Source: Methanotrichaceae archaeon (lineage in GTDB: Archaea > Halobacteriota > Methanosarcinia > Methanotrichales > Methanotrichaceae). From it: a DNA stretch of 64,000 nucleotides. Within the stretch, counting starts at the first letter, position 1, and each line of letters starts with the position of its first letter. The position numbers and the translations under genes are program-made. The stretch covers positions 96,001 through 160,000 of the forward strand of contig CAVVKN010000006.1 in the NCBI GenBank assembly GCA_963748825.1. The letters are read 5' to 3'. Below, one piece after another: positions 57,897 through 64,000 of this stretch. The notes beneath the pieces were generated by a model. The model saw only the letters and a program-made list of their open reading frames with translations, was not told the origin of the DNA and did not search any database.

Positions 57897-58841
57897 ATGT
57901 TTGTAAAAAATGGAATTTTGCTATGCTTTTTGTTCATAGCAGCTGCGCTATGCACGGGCTGCAGCTTCGCCCAGGATAACGGGACGTCAACGATGGGAGT
58001 GATGGATGCGACTGCCAATCTGAGCCTAAATGAATTCTCCGCAGCGGTAGAAGGCACCGGCCTGGCGAATACTCTGAATAACCAGGGAGTTCTCACATTC
58101 ACCACCGGATCCTTCGTTATCTTCGCGCCCAGCGATGAGGCCTTTGCAGCAGTTGCTGATGCAGACATGAACGCCATCAAGGAGAACGCTACCGAGCTGA
58201 AGAGAATACTCAGCTATCACATTGTCTGGAACGACGGCAGCTTTGAAAACATCTCCGAGCTCTCCTCAGCAAAAACACTGCAGGGAGAGAATTTGACAAT
58301 CGATAATACCGAAGGCCTGAAAGTAAATGGAGCCAATGTCACAGCGTCCAAGAGCTACGACAGCGGCACCGTCTTTGTGATTGACAAAGTGCTGCTGCCA
58401 AAGACTGCTTCCAGCCTGGGTGTGGCCGAAGCGGCCAATGATCTGGGTGCAAAGAAGTTCGCAGCCGCCATAAAGTCCGCTGGGCTGGTGGAGACGCTCA
58501 ACGGCCAGGGCCTGATGGGATTTGAGAGTCTGGCAGGTGGGCCCTTTACGGTATTCGCCCCAAGCGATGCCGCGTTTGATAAAGCCAAAGCAAACCTGGA
58601 TGCCATCAGCAAGAAAGATGCAGGCATGATGAATCTTCTGTCCTACCATATCGTTGATGCCAAGGACCTGCTCAACAAGACCGACACCAATTCAGCCAAG
58701 ACAATGATGGGAGACTCCCTGGCAGTCGATCTAAACATGGGCCTGGTAGGCGGGGCCGATGTCTTGAAGTCCGAGAGGTATGCTAACGGCATTGTCTACG
58801 TCATAGACCAGGTGCTTGTTCCCATAAGGCTGAGCATGTAA
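57897..58841 (+). CDS. Tandem fasciclin (FAS1) domain protein
   Basis: FAPSDEAF...ILSYHIV...VIDKVL, twice. Confidence 0.92.
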   Translation: MFVKNGILLCFLFIAAALCTGCSFAQDNGTSTMGVMDATANLSLNEFSAAVEGTGLANTLNNQGVLTFTTGSFVIFAPSDEAFAAVADADMNAIKENATELKRILSYHIVWNDGSFENISELSSAKTLQGENLTIDNTEGLKVNGANVTASKSYDSGTVFVIDKVLLPKTASSLGVAEAANDLGAKKFAAAIKSAGLVETLNGQGLMGFESLAGGPFTVFAPSDAAFDKAKANLDAISKKDAGMMNLLSYHIVDAKDLLNKTDTNSAKTMMGDSLAVDLNMGLVGGADVLKSERYANGIVYVIDQVLVPIRLSM

Positions 58842-58932
58842 AGCAATAGATAGATTCATTCTTTTTTCGGGATCGAGGAATTTATTCTCTCGATCCAATT
58901 TTTTTGATTTTTGAGTTCAGGATTTGATACAA

Positions 58933-59720
58933 ATGGCAAACGGTTATTTAGACCTAGACCTGCAGTTAAGCTCCGCCTTTGACGGAATTTATGACACACA
59001 AAATGGAATTGCCGTCTTTAAGATGCTTATCGACGGTAACTGGCGAAGCAGCGATAGAGGAGAGCTGCTGGACGTTCATACTCCCATCGACGGCAGCATC
59101 GTGGCAAAGGCCCAGATGGCAACAGCGAGCGATGTAATTTTAGCCACGAAAGCGGCCAAAGAGAAAAGGAGCATCAATGAACTGCCGGGCAGAGGTGCGA
59201 TGCCGTGAGCGCCATCCTGGCTACGGAACCTATAGCTGAAACCTTGAGCCGCAATATCGTTTCCGAGGTTGACGGATGGAAACTGGGCGATCCCAGGGAC
59301 CCGTCGGTCACCATCGGCCCGGTCATTAGCCCTCGGGCTGCAGCCGGCATAAATGACCTGGTCACGGATGCCGTTTCCAAGGGTGCCCAGCTATTGAGGG
59401 GCGGCAAATTCCAGGGTACATACTTTGGGCCCGTGATCAGCATTATCCGCTGCAAGGACGAGCAAGAGGCTCTGAATTTTGCCCGCCAATCCAATTTCGG
59501 CCTGGAGTCGTGCGTCTTTACCAGGGACTTCTCCCGCATGTGGCGCGTGGCCAGGGCCCTGGAATGCGGCGAGGTCACCATCAACGACTATCCATCCCAT
59601 GGCGTGGGCTATTTCCCATTCGGAGGAATAAAACAATCCGGGCTGGGGCGAGAGTGCATAGGCTAAAGCATCGAGGAGATGACCAACCTCAAGACCATCG
59701 TCTTCAATTTGGCACCTGGC
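58933..59720 (+). pseudogene. Aldehyde dehydrogenase (GapN-like) with two internal deletions and a stop
   Basis: MLIDGNW...|QRCDAVS...GKFQGTY|FGPV...PFGGIKQSGLGRE*; most of the NAD-binding domain is missing. Confidence 0.85.
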
Positions 59721-59800
59721 GAAAGAGAAAGATAGGATGGGACAAACGGTGCAAAAAAAAGAGAGGGATTGAGATGAACAACGCGGCTTGAATCTGCCCA

Positions 59801-61171
59801 CTATTTTTTTATTGGACACGTCCTCGATCTCCAGCCGGCCATGCCTCCTAAAATGACGGCCAAGCTCTTCCAGCCCCTCGCCTTTAGAAAGCTTGCCGCT
59901 ACCATGGACCGCATGCCACTGCCGCAGAAGATGTACACTTCCCGGTCTTTTGGCACCTCATCCAAACTCTTGGCAATGGCAGTGATATGGATATGCTGCG
60001 CACCCTCGATTCTGCCATCTCTTTCCAGCTCACTCTCGGATCTGACATCCAAAATCCAGATAGGCTCACCCTCATCCAGCAGGCGGCAGAGCTCTTGCAC
60101 CGTAAGTGTTCTGATGGCAGCCGACTGCAGGCCGGACATATGCCAGCTCAGCATGCCTCCCGCCAAAAACCCGGCGATGTCATCGTACCCCTGGCGCAGG
60201 AGAATGGCAGCTACATTCTCGACGGAATTGCCTTCGCCAACGAGAAGAATGGGCCGGTCATAGCTGAGAAACCAGCCGGCAAAGCTGGCTAAACCCTCCA
60301 GCCAGATGGATTGGGAGCCGGGAACGTGAGCAGCACCGAAGGCCAGCTCCTGGCGAGTATCCAGGATCTGAGCATTCTGTTTCTCGGAAAGGGCAAAAAA
60401 GTCCTTGGCATCAAGGGGCCTGGGAGAAGGCAGGGCTCCCAGAATCGGTCTGCCCTCCAGATTCACCTTTTCCATGCGGCTGAAGTAGGGGGGCCTATCC
60501 GGCTGGCTCTTTAATATTGAGGCCACGAATTGCTCTTTGCTCTTTGCCTGCAGCCTTGCATTGTGCTTTTTCTCGAGACCAAGGGTAGTCCAGAGGCGCT
60601 CGGCAATTAGCTCGCCGCAAACCGAGCCTGACCCGTGCGCCGGGCAGAGTATGACCTCATCGCCCAGTGGCAGCAGCTTTGCAAAGAGGCTCTCGTAAAG
60701 CAGGCCGGCCATTTCCGCGGCCAACTCTTTTCCCAGCAGATCGATTCGGCCCACGTCTCCGGCAAAGAGAGCGTCCCCACTAAAGAGCATCCAGGGAACG
60801 CCGGCAGGATCGCGCAGCAGGTAGCTCATGCTTCCTGGTGTGTGGCCGGGCGTGGCGAGGGCCTCGACCTCCAGGCGGCCCACCTTCCATTTCTGGCCGG
60901 CAGTGACAGGCTGTCCATATTGGTATTCCCATTGACCGTCGGCATGCCAGACCTCCGCTCCCGTACGGCCAGCCAACTCCATCGATCCCACAAAATAATC
61001 CTCATTCCTGTGTGTCTCCAGGACATGAGCTATCCTCATCCCCGCTTCGGTGGCCATTTTTATATAGACATCAACGTCTCTTCTAGGATCGATTACCAGG
61101 GCCCGGGTTCTGTCGCCTACTAGATAGGAGTAATGAGCAAGGCCTGCAGAGACAATTCTTTCTAAGAGCAT
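59801..61171 (-). CDS. MBL-fold hydrolase-rhodanese fusion (persulfide dioxygenase-like)
   Basis: ETHRNEDY, TPGHT, GDALF, PAHG, two rhodanese domains, CGSGMRS. Confidence 0.9.
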   Translation of the reverse strand: MLLERIVSAGLAHYSYLVGDRTRALVIDPRRDVDVYIKMATEAGMRIAHVLETHRNEDYFVGSMELAGRTGAEVWHADGQWEYQYGQPVTAGQKWKVGRLEVEALATPGHTPGSMSYLLRDPAGVPWMLFSGDALFAGDVGRIDLLGKELAAEMAGLLYESLFAKLLPLGDEVILCPAHGSGSVCGELIAERLWTTLGLEKKHNARLQAKSKEQFVASILKSQPDRPPYFSRMEKVNLEGRPILGALPSPRPLDAKDFFALSEKQNAQILDTRQELAFGAAHVPGSQSIWLEGLASFAGWFLSYDRPILLVGEGNSVENVAAILLRQGYDDIAGFLAGGMLSWHMSGLQSAAIRTLTVQELCRLLDEGEPIWILDVRSESELERDGRIEGAQHIHITAIAKSLDEVPKDREVYIFCGSGMRSMVAASFLKARGWKSLAVILGGMAGWRSRTCPIKK

Positions 61172-61191
61172 GATATATTACACCTCGATTA

Positions 61192-62079
61192 TCAGCGAGG
61201 ATTCTCTCCGGTAACCGTTGGGTTATCAGCATGAGATGACCATTCTGTAAAGGAGCCCTCATAGATCCTGACCTTAACATGTCCCAGGTAGAACTTGAAG
61301 AAGAGGAATTCGTTGGTAGCCTCGCGTCCCGTGCCGCAATAGATGATCAGGGTCTTATCGGGTGTTATATTGAATTTGCCAACCAGTTGCTGTAGCTCTT
61401 CATCGCTTTTCATGAGCCTGGCATTGTCCTTGGTCATAAGTGTTCGCCAGGGAAAACTGTTGGCTCCCGGGATGTGTCCATTCTTGAGCCACAGCCCTCC
61501 TTCTTTGTAGGACTCGAAGGGGCGAGCGTCAAGGAGGATTACATCCTCGTGGTCCTTGATCTTCTTTAATTCCTCGTGCTCTATGAAATACTCTTTTCTC
61601 ACGGAGATTTCAAAGTCTGACGCTTTCCAAGAAGGAAATAGTTTGGTAAGCTCCCGGCCTTCTTCCTTCCATTTCTCCAGGCCGCCATCCAGAATATAGA
61701 CATTATTGTGGCCAAAGCGTACCAGGGAATAGGCCATCATGGTCTGCTCCAGACCGTCTCCGAGGCCCGCTGCGCATTTGCTGTACCGCCCGGAAGCGGA
61801 ATATATTACCACGGGCCTATTCGGCTGCAGACCTATCTGACGCAAGATCGGCTGCAAGACCTCAGGCGGAACAAAAACGGCCGGCAGCCCGTTACGCGTC
61901 GATCGAAGGAGGCCTTCGTTAAGGTATATGGCACCAGGAAGATGGCCCATGATGTAGTCATGCACATTGGGCTGTACGTCAAGGATCATGAGGTTTTCAT
62001 CGCTGATGTGATCATTAAGCCAATCAGTGGAAACCCACTTCACCGCGCTCTTGCCAGCGGGATAAGGATATGTCTTCAT
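61192..62079 (-). CDS. Two-domain sulfurtransferase (SseA/rhodanese)
   Basis: GHLPGA, LDGG, GHIPGA, YCGTGRE, YEGSFTEW. Confidence 0.92.
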   Translation of the reverse strand: MKTYPYPAGKSAVKWVSTDWLNDHISDENLMILDVQPNVHDYIMGHLPGAIYLNEGLLRSTRNGLPAVFVPPEVLQPILRQIGLQPNRPVVIYSASGRYSKCAAGLGDGLEQTMMAYSLVRFGHNNVYILDGGLEKWKEEGRELTKLFPSWKASDFEISVRKEYFIEHEELKKIKDHEDVILLDARPFESYKEGGLWLKNGHIPGANSFPWRTLMTKDNARLMKSDEELQQLVGKFNITPDKTLIIYCGTGREATNEFLFFKFYLGHVKVRIYEGSFTEWSSHADNPTVTGENPR

Positions 62080-62193
62080 AATTTCATAACTCCAATTTTC
62101 CAGCCCTACGGCCGCTTGCTTCTGCCCAGAAATCAGAAACTCTCTGCAATTCTGCAATATTAGTCGCTCATGACATATCTATTTAACGAGATC

Positions 62194-62907
62194 TTAACGA
62201 GGTCTGCAACTTTTGCAATTGAAGACATCATCCGCACTTATCAACACCGGCTCTGAGGGATATATAGCAAAACTTTCGCCACAACAGCTCAGCCAGCCAT
62301 CAGAAGCCCTCGTTTTAAAGTAGCTACTGTTAATAGCAAAATTTTTGGATATATGATATGTGCCAATGTATTCCTCTTCGATCTCTATGGCCGGATTTTT
62401 CCAGGCACTAGTCATAGGATCTGTTCCGCTATTACCGCTCTTGCCTGCAGAGCTATCGCTGCCCGAAAGCACCCCGATATGGACCCTGCCGCTCGTAACG
62501 GTTTCATCGATCTGCATATGAGTTGTGGCGGAGTTGATGGTCTCGTATTCACCCTGGCTGCTGCTGGAAGAAACCGCATATTCCGTCTTCCCTGAGACTT
62601 CCTGGGCAAAGCCTACCTCATGACTCATGGAGGTAGCTGAATTGGCATTGGCAAGTTCTGTTCGGCTGCCTATTCCTGTGCCAATGGCAATAGGATGAGA
62701 TGAATAGTAGCCGCTTCCCAGGGAAAGGTCCACGGGAGCGCTGGTAATTTTGTTTTGGCCAATAAAAGAGAGCGATGAATTATTGTAAGATGAATTGCCT
62801 TTAATAAAATCCCCAGAAGCGATATCCTGAGAGGCTATGGCAGGGACGCCTACCACTGCAAGTGCAATCAAGACTGATGATAATAATAACATAGTTCTAT
62901 TGCGCAT
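62194..62907 (-). CDS. Secreted Ser-rich hypothetical protein
   Basis: Signal peptide; EEYIGTYHISK, WLSCC, DVFNC. Confidence 0.7.
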   Translation of the reverse strand: MRNRTMLLLSSVLIALAVVGVPAIASQDIASGDFIKGNSSYNNSSLSFIGQNKITSAPVDLSLGSGYYSSHPIAIGTGIGSRTELANANSATSMSHEVGFAQEVSGKTEYAVSSSSSQGEYETINSATTHMQIDETVTSGRVHIGVLSGSDSSAGKSGNSGTDPMTSAWKNPAIEIEEEYIGTYHISKNFAINSSYFKTRASDGWLSCCGESFAIYPSEPVLISADDVFNCKSCRPR

Positions 62908-62999
62908 AGTTGTTGGCACCGTTTTTAGATCGAGTGCTATGCATATATTTGAATCGGTCGGAGAAAAATAAAGGCCACTTCTTATTCCGTCCAATCATT

Positions 63000-63488
63000 T
63001 CAGGGATTGAGCCTCCAGAGGGTGTAATTGAGAAAAGCAGCAAAGCTCACCCAGATGATGTAAGGAACGAGGAGCAGGGCCGCATCTTTGCTGATGGACC
63101 AAAACCGGATGATGTTTTGCAGTATGAGAAGCCAGAGGACCACAATCACCACGACTCCTGCCAGAGGAGACTGCAAGCCAAAGAAGGCGTAGGACCAGAG
63201 CACATTGACCAAAAGCTGGGCTGCAAATACACCTAATGCAATCTTGCTATCCGCGCCGCTTATCCCCTTCCGCCAGATCAAAAATAGAGAGAGGCCCATG
63301 AGGGCAAAGAGCGCAATCCAAACCGCAGAGATGACCGATCCTGGTGGCGTAAATCCGGGCTTGACGAGGGTCGTATACCAGGTAGTAACAGAGCTGGCTG
63401 TAAAAACCGAGCCTATAACTCCGGCTAACTGGCATATAGCTATGCATAAGATGAGCCTGGCAAGCTCCATCAAAGTTATGGATTTCAT
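63000..63488 (-). CDS. tspO: TspO/MBR family protein
   Basis: WYTTLVKPGFTPP, LNVLWS-like motif, LLVPYIIWVSFAAFLN. Confidence 0.93.
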   Translation of the reverse strand: MKSITLMELARLILCIAICQLAGVIGSVFTASSVTTWYTTLVKPGFTPPGSVISAVWIALFALMGLSLFLIWRKGISGADSKIALGVFAAQLLVNVLWSYAFFGLQSPLAGVVVIVVLWLLILQNIIRFWSISKDAALLLVPYIIWVSFAAFLNYTLWRLNP

Positions 63489-63708
63489 CAGCCACCGCCT
63501 AAATTTTTCCGCTTGGTTCTTCAGCAAGCCATGTTTCTTTTAGCATCCTTTGAATTTAATTCTTTTGTTTCACTGCTTTGCCGTGGCTGCAGTAAGGCTG
63601 GTCCTGAGGGCTATGCATCTTTATCTCATCATCCGTTGCGTACTTGAGTTTTTTTCCGCGATTTCATTTTTACTCGATAGCCCCAAAAGGTTAGTCTTTC
63701 GTTCCCAC

Positions 63709-64000
63709 CTAAATTCGATGATTTGGCCGCAAATCGTCAATCGCATCTTTCAAATCCGAATGGATGGAGAAGATCTTTGAGAGGCCCGATATCTCGAAAA
63801 TCTCCAGCACAACGGGCTGAAGCGATGTCAATCTCATGTCTCCTTTTTTTGTCTTTAGCATTCTTAGGCTTGCCAAAAGAACCCGCAAACCCAAGCTGCT
63901 TATGTACTCGGCGTCCGCTAGATCGACGACGATCATATAATTATTATCGATGGCTTTTATTAAGACGTCCTCCAAATCCTTTGAAGTATTTGAATCAATT
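63709..64000 (-). CDS. STAS domain (anti-sigma-factor-antagonist-like) protein, 5' end beyond the window
   Basis: DLADAEYISSLGLRVLL...VLEIFEISGL; frame open to the window end. Confidence 0.85.
   Translation of the reverse strand, partial: IDSNTSKDLEDVLIKAIDNNYMIVVDLADAEYISSLGLRVLLASLRMLKTKKGDMRLTSLQPVVLEIFEISGLSKIFSIHSDLKDAIDDLRPNHRI

Overview
Archaeal methanogen chromosome segment, most likely Methanothrix (Methanosaeta)-like. This rests on a 'headless' fpoA-B-CD-H-I-J1-J2-K-L-M-N operon with a Lys/Ala-rich FpoI tail and no fpoF/fpoO, plus mtxX and methanogenesis marker 2. Core blocks (about 21.8-37.9 kb, 45.1-49 kb and 56-64 kb) alternate with mosaic accessory regions (1-21.4 kb, 38-45 kb, 49-56 kb). 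The first accessory region holds an intact four-gene PolB2 operon (RadA-like ORF, 72-aa ORF, 77-aa PolB2-associated ORF, polB2), an extra TBP, duplicated regulators, a RelE-type TA pair, and complete IS1634 and ISAzo13 elements, both with TIRs and target duplications. The most unusual signal is that decayed pieces of the PolB2 operon and of a few companion genes recur throughout the window. They bracket, or are split by, AT-richer cargo genes that mostly encode secreted proteins. Some junctions are patchworks of short snippets copied from other genes (mtxX, yhcG), and many pseudogenes have internal deletions at short repeats. A GCGAAAGTG/CACTTTCGC motif sits at a nearly fixed distance upstream of the TATA-like box of these promoters, and a roughly 310-nt ORF-free, hairpin-rich segment at 21.5-21.8 kb is a candidate novel ncRNA. 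No rRNA, tRNA or CRISPR array was seen. All family assignments come from motif recognition by eye, not database searches.
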